Of a stretch of 64,000 nt of DNA, positions 48,808 to 60,160 are shown piece by piece. Every line of letters starts with the position of its first letter. The stretch's first letter is position 1. This DNA is from Anthoceros angustus (Eukaryota; Plantae; Anthocerotophyta): NCBI GenBank assembly GCA_010909165.1, contig MU008177.1, positions 124,001 through 188,000 of the forward strand, given 5' to 3'. Below the pieces are notes generated by a model. It had not been told where the DNA came from and did not search any database. It saw only the letters and a program-made list of their open reading frames with translations. The position numbers and the translations under genes were made by a program.

Positions 48808-51800
48808 ATGACAACAGAGTCCATGGGCTCCCGCAGCCCGAAACGGGGTGCTCCAGCTCCCCGTTCCCTCCTGGCGAGCCTGGCCATCCTCTGTGCTTTC
48901 TTCACCGCTGCCTCGGCCGTCATCGACCCGCAGGACCTGGCGACTCTCACACAGGTTGTAAAGGATCTCAATGTTCCGAATGTCACCCGGTGGGCGCCCG
49001 GTTCCGATCCCTGCACCACCTGGACCCACTACGCAACTTGTGATGCCACGCAGACGCGAGTCACGGGGCTTCTTCTCAACAGCTTGGGCCTGGCGGGTAT
49101 CGTGTCTCCGGCCCTGGGAAATCTCACCCGGCTCACCTCCATCAATTTGAGCAACAACCTTCTTCACGGGTCCATTCCGGAATCCATCGGATTGCTCACC
49201 AGTCTCAGCTTCTTGTCCTTGGGGCTTAACAACCTTACAGGGCCGATACCGGAGTCCATTGGGCAGATGACGGCATTGGTTAGCCTGTTTTTGGACAACA
49301 ACTTCCTGTCTGGGAGGATTCCAGCTTCCATTGGCAACTTGAGAACACTCACCGCATTGCACTTGTACTGCAACCATCTGGAGGGGGAGATACCACCCCA
49401 GCTTGGAGCTTTGTCACAGGTTACAGACTTCCAGCTGCATTCCAACAAGCTGACCGGCCAGATTCCGGCAGCTTTGGCCAATTTGACCAAGGTGATTGCC
49501 GTCAGGCTAAACAACAACCAGCTTTCAGGTACATCTAGCTATGACGAGGGCAGTGGGTCTACTGTCACAAATTTGAGCAAGTTCCCTCCAGAGCTGGAGT
49601 TCCATTTGTTGTCCAGATGCTTACTCAATCTCATGGATCCTGCTGATGACAGGCCCTCTCTACCTGCCGCTCTTGCAAGCTTGGGGCTCCACCATTAATG
49701 AGCTGCACCTTCACCGCAACTCGTTCTGGGGGAACATCCCGGCTCTGAACCAGACCAGCTTTCCCGTCTTGAAGAAACTCAACCTTGGCTTCAATAACCT
49801 CACCGGCCAGCTTCCAGTGTCCATAGGCTCTATGGCGTTACTCTCCTCCCTCTTTGTGGGCCACAATTTTCTGGAGGGCCTTGTCCCTGGAAGCTTCACG
49901 AATTTGCAGAACTTGCAATTTCTGGACCTGTCACACAATGCGCTGAATGGAAGCTTGCAGGGCCTTAAAGAATTGGGATTGCTGCAGGCACGACAGTTCG
50001 ACCTTACATTCAACAATTTCGATAAGACCGACTTCCCAAGCTTCCTTGTGCAGGAGAATAACACACTATTTAATTGCCTCGACTCAGCAGCTCCGCCACC
50101 ATCCGCAGCTGTTGCTTCGTCCTCTCACCTGGGGGAATTCTCTGGGGACTCAACCGCTGTGTCTCAACCCCTTCCTTCCCCCCCTCCAGGTTATTCAGTC
50201 TTGCAGTGTGTTCGCTACTTGCCGGGAGAAACCATGGGATTTGCGGTGAATGCAGGAGGCACCCAGCAGGTTATCAACACCGATCAGCAAGTGTTTAGCC
50301 CAGACGCTTCTCTCCTGTACAACATCACCACAGGGACCGAAGTTGAGAACTCCGTAGGACAGTGGGCGGTACAAATGTCAGGTGAACAAGGAGGAACATT
50401 TTCTACCACTGTGCAAGTGTCCCAGAATACCGACAGCGCAACGCTGTACCAGTCTATGCGCTGGTCTTCCCAGTACCTTGCCTACATTGGCAGGAACATG
50501 AGGAATGGCATCTTCCATGTCAAGCTCCACTTTGCAGAGATCGTTTTCAACTATCCTGGGTATCGGGTCTTTGATGTTGTGGTTCAAGGGGAGATGATCA
50601 ACGCATCACTGGACGTTGTTGCAGTTGCTGGTCCCCGAGCAGCCTATGTGATTGACTTGCACAACGTAAGTAATCTGCCAATTGATCTGCAAATCGAAAA
50701 ATGTTGCTTAGCTTTGTTTCTTGTCTCTGGCTGCTCGTCTGACATTGCGTTAATGAATCTGAACAGGTTTCAGTCGAGGATGGACTCCTCCGCATCGAGC
50801 TAATTCACGTATCTCCTATCAACCGCTATATCGACCCTAGCTTCGACGTGACGGACACAGGGCCGATGTTATCAGCTTTCAGCGTGCAGGCTGTTAGCCT
50901 AGATTTGACCCCATCTCCACCGATGGTTCCAGGTGGCCCGGGGATCCCAATCCCGCAGAATTCACCAGGAAAAGGGTCGTCAAAGAGCATCCCTTTGATC
51001 GTGCTGTCAGTTGTAGGTTCTCTTATGGTTGCAGTGGGCTGCACGCTCATTGCCTATTTCTGCTTCTTCAAAGGACGAAAAGACTCGGAACCACAACCCG
51101 TAGCAGCTGCTGCAAGTGCTCACAAAACAAGGCGCACAGCCGGGGGGAGTTCATCAGGAACACAGGTTGGATCGTAAGCCTTGATAACTTTCTTGCCTGA
51201 TTTGTGATGAGCTGCCCGCGCTGGTGTCGTTTGCTTGTGTCACATGGCGTCTCTAAGCTACAATTCATATCTTGAATATTAATCCATAGCATGAAATGAT
51301 CCCTAGCCATCCTACACCAAATCATTCCTTGTTAGATCTGTCGAGGACTTTTCGTCTAATCTTGCAGTCAAGTTGTGTCCTGACAACTGGTTGCCATTTC
51401 TACATCATATCACAGGTGTCTGCAGGAACCGGCAAGGTTCAGGACCTTAAAATCAGTATTCCAGAGGAAGGTAGGCCTGTAGAAACATCACACAAACCTT
51501 TGACACTGGCCACTGAAGTCCTGGCTTCTGAAGTCCTGGCTTCTCTTAGAGAAGCGTTGGCTCAGCAGCAAGAGCAGCTTGATGACCTGAGGCAAGAAAA
51601 TGCACTGCAAGCTGCTCAGATAACCTCTATGGAACGCACTATGTTTCGTTCCAGATCTAGAGGCCTCTCCAGATCTCTAGACGTCGATCCAGAAATTCGG
51701 CTTGAACCTAATTGACTTGTCTAGCATAGATTAATATACATTGACAGTGTGTCCTTTGCTGGGTGCACAACTTCGAGGGGGTCATTCTTATATTGCCGTC

Positions 51801-53474
51801 CCGATTATCTCTATGAGCATTTAGGAAATGAACTGAGTTTGTGATTTCTTCGCTCTGAATCACGCTCCGGCATCTTCGAGAATTCCAACTGTGAGAAGAA
51901 TCCTCTGACTTACAGAGTCGAGTGGAGAGTCTTGACTTGTGTGCAACCTAGCCTATTTGATTTAGTCCCAGCAGTTGTACATAGGTCTGCTTTACCCCAA
52001 CGGTGCATTACTCCTGATGTTTCTGTGCCAGGGATCCAGCACTCCCGATGCCCTGTCAGATATCGGCCCAACATTTTATACTTACAACGAGCTCTTCATT
52101 GCTTCAAACGGGTTTTCGGAAGCAAACGAGCTGGGACGTGGTGGGTTTGGGTCAGTCTACAAAGGGGTGTTTCCGGATGGATCGCTTGTGGCTATTAAAC
52201 AGCTGACAGTAGAGACTCAGCAGAGCAGAGAAGCTTTTCGAAAAGAGATTGCATTAATCTCCAGCGTTCAGCATCGGTAATGACCTAAACAACCTCCTTG
52301 TACAAGTCTGTTGATGCATGCCTACCACCAGGCTTTTAACCGTGTTACGACACTGTCACCTCTACTCCTGTTTATAGGAATCTGCTTGCCGTTAAGGGGT
52401 GCTGCCTCGAGTCTGAGCTTCCCCTTCTGGTTTGCGAGTATATGCCCAACGGCAGCCTGGACAAACTACTTCATGGACGACATTCCCGATCTCTGGACTG
52501 GCCGTCAAGACGAAATATTGCAGTCGGAGCGGCATGCGGACTAGCCTACCTCCATGATGAATCCAAGTACCGTATCATTCACTGTGACGTAAAACCTGCC
52601 AACATTCTGCTGGACAAGGACTTCAATGCCCGGATAGCAGATTTTGGTCTTGCAAGACTGTACGATGATAGCAACACCCATATCACCACCACTACGCTCC
52701 GGGGCACCAGGGGGTACCTTGCTCCAGGTAAAGCTTTTAACAGGCGTGCTGCTGCATACTCTGTAAACACACAGACTGTCCAGTTGAAATCCTTCTAACT
52801 TTCCGACATGACCAAAAGCAGAGTACGCCCTCCACCTCCAACTCTCAGAGAAGGCAGATGTATACTCCTTCGGCATCGTCCTTCTGGAGCTTGTGAGTGG
52901 AAGACGCCTTGTGGACCAGGACTTGCCCTCGGAGAAAGTCGTCCTGGTGGAGTGGGCTCAGCAACTGGGCCAAGAGGGCTCCTCCGCCCTGCGGCAACTG
53001 GTGGATCCAAGGCTCAGCCTCCAGTTCCCTGAAGAGAAGGAAGTACTCAACATGGCCACAATTGCAAACTGGTGCACCCAACCTGCACCCAGCTTGCGGC
53101 CCAAGATGCGGACTGTGTGGCTCATGCTCAACGGCACCATCGACATCCCAGAGCTCCCCAAGAACGGACAATCCAAAGGGGTAGCCGTCAAGCGCATACT
53201 GTCGGACAGCTCTGTCCTGCCCATACCGGATTTCGACCTTGGCAGCAGTACGGAGCTGCCTCAGGCCAGCTCCAACACCACTGCCTCCTCCTCCTCCTCC
53301 ACAACTCATACCACTGCCTCATCTTCCAGCTCCGGAGCAGCCTCCCAGTTTGTAGAACATCAGGAGACGCACCTTGCCAACCTCCTCTCCAGAGATGGTC
53401 TGGCATACTCATCTCGCCTGTCACATGCCCATCTTACATCCTACACTTCCCTACAGGCACATCGGGACAACTGA
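48808..53474 (+). CDS. LRR-malectin receptor-like kinase (LRR-VIII-2-like architecture), non-RD (HCD)
   Basis: Signal peptide, LRRNT (W..GSDPCTTW...C), LxLxxNxLxGxIP repeats, malectin (FAVNAGG...LYQSMR...VKLHFAEI...RVFDVVVQG...GPMLSAFSV), TM, and kinase GRGGFGSVYKG, AIK, HCDVKPANILL, DFGLA, GTRGYLAPE, DVYSFG. Confidence 0.92.
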
Positions 53475-53781
53475 CTCTGCGAGGCCAATGTTGCGTGGAA
53501 TTTCAAGAACGTGGGTCCGGCCGACCCCAACGTGGAAGGAAGTGATTCCGCTTGTAAACTACTCTCTGAGTTGTACAGAGGACGAGTTCAAATTCGAGTT
53601 CTGCGCCTGCTTATGGTGGTACTGACAGAAGACTTGGGTGACATCGTAGTTGCGAGGAAAGCGTCTAGAATTGTGGTGTCCGCGTGACTTGATCGGCCGT
53701 GCCTCTCCATACCGAGTGGCTACAGGAAGACCCACCATCGGGGATTGGCATCTCGCTCTAACCTCCAATTGCTGGAAAAAG

Positions 53782-55247
53782 ATGCTTCCTTTACTTGGCC
53801 TGGTGTTGTTCTTGGTGCTGCTGGTGTTTGGCGTGAGGAGATGGCGCGGCCCAGCTCAGCGTGGTCCTGTTGACGTCCCTGACTCTGACGAGGTATGTGT
53901 GATTGGAGATGGGGGAGAATTATGACGTGGGATTTTCGTGTAGCAAGGTGGTGACTGTTTGCGGGATGCGCAGGATGTGGGGAGGAGGGAGGCCGCTCCC
54001 AGTACTGCTGTTGCACGGGGGGCAGCAGGCAGGGGCACGCAGCGGATGCGAAGGAGACCAGGAGCGGCAGCAGCAGCAGCAGCAGCCGCGGCTTCTACTT
54101 CTGGTGCAGATGCTGCTCTCCTGCCGAGAACATGTTGTGGAGCTGTTTGTGTGTGTAGTCTACCCTAGAGCCGTTCGTCTGCTTGCAGGTGAAGCAAATG
54201 GAGACGCTGACGAAGAGGAAGAGCAGGAGCAAGGGGAAGGTGGATATTACGTGGCGAAAAGCGCTAGGAAGAAGGATGCGAAGAAGCAAGAAAACGCGGC
54301 TAGGAGGCAGGTGAGGATTTTGTTGTATGAGAGCATGGCATCCGGGCATGGGGTCCAGAATTTGCCTGCAGTCATTGTTAGGATACTGAGCTCTGTTTCC
54401 AGGCAGAGGCTTTGGCTAGAGAGAGCAGGCAGGAGAAAGCAGACCACTATGCAGAGATGCGACGAAAAAAGGATATGGAGAGGGAAGCCGAGGAGCTGCG
54501 TAAGGTATGGATACTTGCGCTATTGCAAGATGGTGCTTGCAATGCAGTTCTGCGTTTGTTGCTCACCAAGCGTGTGAAACAGGAAGAAGCGGCTCGACTG
54601 CAGAAGGAAAAAGACGAAGCAGCAGCCAATGAGGAGTTTGAGAAGTGGAAGGGAGCGTTTTCTGTAGAAAATGAAGGTACCCTAGCAGCGGAAGAAGCTG
54701 AGACACAAGGTCTTTTAAACGATTTTGTGGAGTTCATCAAGGTATGGAAATGCCGTCATGCCCTGATGACTTGTAAACCATGGCCAGCACAAGTTGCCTT
54801 GTGAGCTGACCTGTTGCCTGCATCCATACAGGAGCACAAATGTGTCGGCATAGAAGACTTAGCTGGAGAGTTTAAGATGAAGTCCCAGGATTGCATCAAC
54901 CGCATCCAAGAACTAGAGCAAATGGGTGAGTATTTATTTTGTTGCCCAAAGTTTCAAAGAATGTGAAATGACAATGCCCACACAGATATGAGCACTGACA
55001 GTTGCTCTTTCACTTCACAGGGAGACTATCAGGAGTGATGGATGACAGAGGAAAATTCATTTACATCTCTCCGGAGGAGATGCAAGCTGTTGCTGACTAC
55101 ATCAAGAGAATGGGAAGAGTGAGCATAGCCCATCTTGCACGCAAGTCCAACGAATTCATCGATTTACAGCCCAAGGCTCCTACTGCTCCTACCACAGACA
55201 CGGAAACAAGTGAATTGAAAACCGTTGTCAGTTCTCCGGTTTCTTGA
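53782..55247 (+). CDS. DDRGK1: DDRGK domain-containing protein 1 (UFBP1, UFMylation scaffold)
   Basis: N-terminal TM anchor, acidic coiled coil, [60 protein letters not shown]. Confidence 0.95.
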
Positions 55248-56359
55248 GCATTCCTGGAAGCTGTCTCAGAGAAACAAGCCAAACTTGGAGCCTCGGAATT
55301 TGTTGAGACACCGGGAGACTGAACAAGAACCTTTTGACAGTTATGTATCATCAAGAGAAATTACTCTCAAACGAATACCGAACAAGAAACGTGTTTTAAC
55401 AAATAGGGCTCAAGCATTTGAGTCACCAAAAAGCAGGCCTCAAAGCCATCGGAGCCTGGAGGCATCAAATTGCAAGCCTAAAAACTTTCTAATTCCTGAC
55501 GGATGTAATGAGGCATCAAGAGCCATTACTCTCTAACTAATCTCGGCTCCAAAGAAAGTCTCCAAGAGCAAGATTTCTAGGAGGAGAGATTTATCGCCAT
55601 CTCTGTAATGATCTAGCCTAGTAATTTTGATTCGGAAGCAGCTTTGAAACCAGCCAACTCTGTAAAGGTCTAGCCTAGAAATATTTGATTTGGAAGCTCC
55701 TTTCTGGTTACAGCTTCCGATTTGGAAGCAGCAGCTTCCGACATGGAAGCAGCGGGTGCGCATAGCTTGTCTGGGCAGAAAACCTTGGGAAGAAAGTGAG
55801 AATCATTCGGTCTGCTCCAGTAGCGTTTATTTAGGGTTTGGCTGCTTTGGTCAGGACTGTCATCAGAGAATCGCTGCTTTGGGCCGGGTGTTCAAACGTT
55901 TAGGGTCAGGAAGTGTCTTAATTTGGTGGTCCGGCAAGAGCGGATACCGGATACAGGTTGGTTTAAATGCTTTGGTTGGCGGTGTTGTGTCAAGCATGCA
56001 CTCAACTCAACAAGGCTGTGTACCTAGGGAGGAGGTAGTGTGCGGTCCCGTGGTAATGACAGCCACTTTGCGCTTGCGCGAGCGTAATTGTGGCTCAGCT
56101 GGTGGTGCTCGGTCCGCTTTGAGGGTTTGTAATCAGCTCCTTTTGAACGTGGGCTGAATTGGTGCTGGCAGGTGCGGGCACAGCTGCGGGAGCACGGGAA
56201 GGGGATGGTAGGACCGGCGCAGGGCTGGCTGTGGTGAGGCGAGGCGAGGCGAGGCGAGGCGAGGGGAATTGAGCGCTCGCGGGGCCGCGCGGGCGAGCCA
56301 GGGCAGTCACTGCCTGCAAGATTAGATTGTGGTGCAGGGCTCGGGGCCGGGAAGCAAGC

Positions 56360-57880
56360 ATGGCGGATCACGAAGCAGACGCCGACACCAAGCTGGCGCA
56401 CTTCCAGGATGTCACGGGCGTGGACGACATTGCTCTCTCGCTGCATATTCTGGAGGCGCATAACTGGGACCTGCATGCGGCTGTGTCCACCATGATGATC
56501 GACAACGTTCCCAGCGAGGTCAACCAGCGGGTGGCCTCGCCGGGGCCTGCCCTGGCCGGGGACATGGACTGGGATCACAACAATTGGCCTTCCGTGGGGG
56601 ATATGGAGAGTGACGCCGGGTTTGCGCCCTCGAATGGCAGCGATGATGTGGATGCTGTTGCGCTGGCGGCCCAGCCGCTGCAGAGAGTGCACTCCGGGTC
56701 TCTGCCGTTTGCTGCGGGGTTGGGGCATTCGAGACTCAGCTCCGCGCACTATGAGGGACTGGTGCCTGGTGAATTGGTAAGGGTTGGCCCCCGGGGAGTG
56801 GTGTGAGGTCTGGCAAGTTTTTGTTCGCTGGTGGGAGGTGTTGTTGTGCATGCTGGGTGGCCGTGGAGTTTTGTGTGTGTTGTGCTGCTTTTTGGTGAAG
56901 CTTTTGCATGGCGGAGTGGTGGTTTGTGGTTTTGATGTGGATCTACGGGTTTGGCTCATGGTGGCAGATTGAGGGACCAGGGACACCTGACGAGCTGGCT
57001 GGGGTACTGCGGGGATTCGTAGATGATCAAAGTGCTCTTCTCGCAGCAAGAGTAGAGGAGGAGGAAAGGCGGGTTAATAGACGCTTGAGGGAGAAGCAAG
57101 ATGCTGCTTTCCAGGCTGCTCTGCAAGAAGACCAGGTAGGTTATACCCAATTTCGATGCTTTATTGTTGGTTTATACAGGAGACAAAGGGGGTCACTCGT
57201 TGTGATCAATGAGTATTTTTGCTATTTTCTGTGGAGCAATTTTTTCTGTTGCTGATGAGCCGTGCTGTTGGGGGCACAGGAGAGGGAGCGAAGATTGCAG
57301 GAGGGAGTACACCTTGCTGCCAAAGCAGCAGCCGAGCAGGAAAGGAAGCGGAAGGAGGAAGAGGAAGCTGCAGCTCAGGCAGCAGCAGAAGCAGCTGAGA
57401 GAGAAGCCGCTCTGGAGAGGCGCAGGAAGGAAAAGGCTGCAGCTTTAGGTGCCGAGCCAGAGAAAGGCCCAGAGGTTACGCAGGTACTCAAACAACTTCA
57501 GTTCAGATGTGTAGGATGTGATGACGACTTCCCAGATGCCATGCCAGCCGTCCTGTCAGCTTGGGTTTACATTTGTGACCTCTCTGTGGGCTCTCAGCTT
57601 GGGTCTACATTTGTGACTTACTCTCTGTGGGATCTCTTGTTTGCAGGTTGTTGTCCGTCTGCCTAATGGTGAGAGAAAGGAAAGAAGATTCCATAACTCC
57701 ACTACAGTGCGCTCGCTGTATGATTTTGTGGACTCTGTAGGAAGCTTTCACGCCTCTAAGTACAGCTTGATCACAAACTTCCCCAGAAAAGTGTACGGCC
57801 CGGATATGTTGCAGGTGTCTTTGAAGGATGCTGCTCTCCACCCGCATGCAAATCTGTTCGTGCTGGTGGAAGAGAGCTAG
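56360..57880 (+). CDS. Plant UBX-domain protein, PUX10/FAF2-like but lacking the central region
   Basis: UBA-like N-terminus (KLAHFQDVTG...ILEAHNWDLHAAV), coiled coil (EEEERRVNRRLREKQDAAFQAALQEDQ), UBX (VVVRLPNGERKERRF...LYDFVDS...LITNFPRKVY...LHPHANLFV). Confidence 0.88.
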
Positions 57881-58509
57881 GGTTTTTGGCCATGGGTATT
57901 AGTTTGTGATATATAAGCAATTGAAAGGAAAGTTTCTCAGTTTCCATCACCTGAGAACGAGGCTTGTCGAAATGAAGGGGTCCGCGGCCCTGGGAGCGTC
58001 CAGAAAATCGAGTTGGGGTGGAATTGCTCTTTAGGTTAGACCGAAGTTAGACGAGTACCTACCTAGTTTCAGGGTCAAATTTTGTAGCATCGAACTATTG
58101 GCATTAAGCTGTTGGATCTTGTGGACAGTAGGGCATGGCACCTTCACATATCATACACGGCTTTCGGAAGTCACTTGATTATTCTGCTGGGTCATGGCTG
58201 CAAAGTATAAACTTATTGCAGTCGCTTCACGCCCAGCTGTCTCAGGTTGAAGTTTTTCTGTAGTCACGGTAGGGAATCTCAGGTTTAAGCTTTGGAGTAT
58301 TCTCACAATTAAACCGCTTCCGAGGTTGTCCACCACAGAGCTAAACACCTCCGTGTTAAGCCGCTTCGCAAATGCAGCACGAGGACAATCAGGACATGAC
58401 AGTATCACTGGATTAGCGCGCGATGCTGAGTGAAATGGATCTTCTAGGCAGGCACATGCACTCACACATTGTTAGGAGAGGACTGGTGAACAACACACGA
58501 GCGAGCAGG

Positions 58510-58569
58510 CACATAACACATAACTGGTAAGAGGACACATGACACATAACTGGTAAGAGGACACATAAC
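58510..58569. repeat. 26-bp tandem duplication
   Basis: ACACATAACTGGTAAGAGGACACAT repeated at 58516 and 58542. Confidence 0.8.
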
Positions 58570-59319
58570 ACAATGCTACTTAACACACTGGTTGGCCCAC
58601 TGGTGGACAATGCATGTTTACAAAATGTGGTGAATTGGAAGGGGCATGCCGGGATTTTGACAGCTTGGCCATAACAAAATGTGGAAGCTGGAACTGTCGC
58701 TGCAGTGAAGGAACAGCTGCTGAATAGTCCCAAGCAGGAGCCGCCGGCACTTTCTTGCAGTGTCCGCAACGCTGGGGACCGCAATCTTTGCCTGGCTCCT
58801 ACAAGAACGTACTTGGAAGACTCTTCTTAGCTTTCAAGTACCTTTCCTCGTGTTATGCACAGGGATTGTTGAATCACTGGCCTTCACTAAACTTGCACAC
58901 ACACGTCTGCAGGACACCGCTGCGGCTACTATGACCCAACATGTGGCGATGTATTTTGGTCCCGGTGACACAGGACCGCTCTCCTTCTGTGGACGAGTAT
59001 GTGGACAAGCACTAGTGCCTTTGAGTTAGGCAGGCAGCTTCACTCACAAATTGACAAAGGACTAATACATGGCATTCTAAGTAGCCACCTGCCTGGTGAA
59101 CATGTATGCAAACTGTATTGAACTGAAAGCTGCCTGGACGCCAGAGCCAGCATCTGTCCAAACTGTGCCCTCAGCATAATCCGCAAACACCACTGATCCA
59201 CTTGTGAGCGTGCTGCTACTTAATTGGGCTCCCTGGCACTGGAGACGGGGGAAGCAGCTTCCTGTTCAGGACATCTAGCTGAGGTGAGTCCACAAGGCCC
59301 GTCCTAGCCTGCTAGCCTG

Positions 59320-59510
59320 TTCTAGCACACAATGCTTCTGCATGGCCTCTTCTAGTAAACAATGCTGAGCAAAGTATGGCCTGCGTGGTCTGTTCCAGCA
59401 TAAAACGCTGAGCAAAGTCTGCCCTGCACGGTCTATAATTCCAGCATTGTCATTGCCTGTTCCAGCACACCATGCTGAGCAAATTCTGCCCTGCATGACC
59501 TGTTCAACAC
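59320..59510. repeat. Imperfect ~40-bp tandem repeats
   Basis: Recurring ATGCTGAGCAAA.T.TG.CCTGC...TGTTCCAGCA units (about 4-5 copies). Confidence 0.6.
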
Positions 59511-59939
59511 TGTGGTACCATTAAATGCTATGCAAACCCCTGGCATGCGCTTGAACAACATTGCACTTCGGAAACTACATACATTTGCATGCCCGGCTCC
59601 GACTCTCGGATTTTTTTGTCAGATCAGCGGTACATTACAAAATGTCTATTTTGCGTTTTCTTATATGTTTGTTTATGTAATCAAATTATCAAAGCGTGAA
59701 TGGACAATGTGAAACCCAATGAGCATGATTATGGTATGACTACTTTTCTAGTACAAGGTTTGAGTTACGCACTAAAATTGAAATTATTATTTTTTAAAGA
59801 AAAAACTTATTATCTATAATATAACTTCTCATTCACATATGTTTTATTGTGCATATTAGATCGTATGATGATAAACAGATCATTGAATTTGTTATTTTCT
59901 CCCAATACATCGTTTATTACAGTGATCTCGAGTTCAAAT

Positions 59940-60160
59940 AACATTTATTAGCAGAGTTCATTATGATGATGTCAAGTTCAAATGACATTATTAGCAGAGT
60001 TTATGAGGGTGATGTCAAGTTCAAATGATATTTATTAAAAGCTGTACAGGGTTCTAAATAATTTCCACTAAGAGAATCTCTTGCTGCATTAATGACATTT
60101 ATTAAAAGCTGTAGAGGGTTCTAAATAATTTCCACTAAGAAAATCTCTAGCTGCATTACG
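59940..60160. repeat. Local duplications at the GDSL 3' end
   Basis: ATTAGCAGAGTT...TGATGTCAAGTTCAAATGA occurs twice; TTTATTAAAAGCTGTA.AGGGTTCTAAATAATTTCCACTAAGA occurs twice, the second copy being the gene's coding end. Confidence 0.75.

Noticed and set aside
48808-53474. Possible SYMRK/DMI2, given CYCLOPS nearby
   Set aside because: SYMRK has a malectin-like domain before a GDPC motif and few LRRs. Here many LRRs precede a malectin domain and the kinase is non-RD.
6507-53474. A symbiosis gene cluster (CYCLOPS plus two RLKs)
   Set aside because: Genes are separated by TEs and unrelated housekeeping genes, and RLKs are abundant. Nothing in the sequence supports functional clustering.
53782-57880. 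DDRGK1 and PUX adjacency as an ER-proteostasis module
   Set aside because: Adjacency alone in a gene-dense genome is weak evidence, and no shared regulatory signal was seen.
58151-59029. Short ORFs downstream of the PUX gene
   Set aside because: No recognisable motifs or consistent splice structure.
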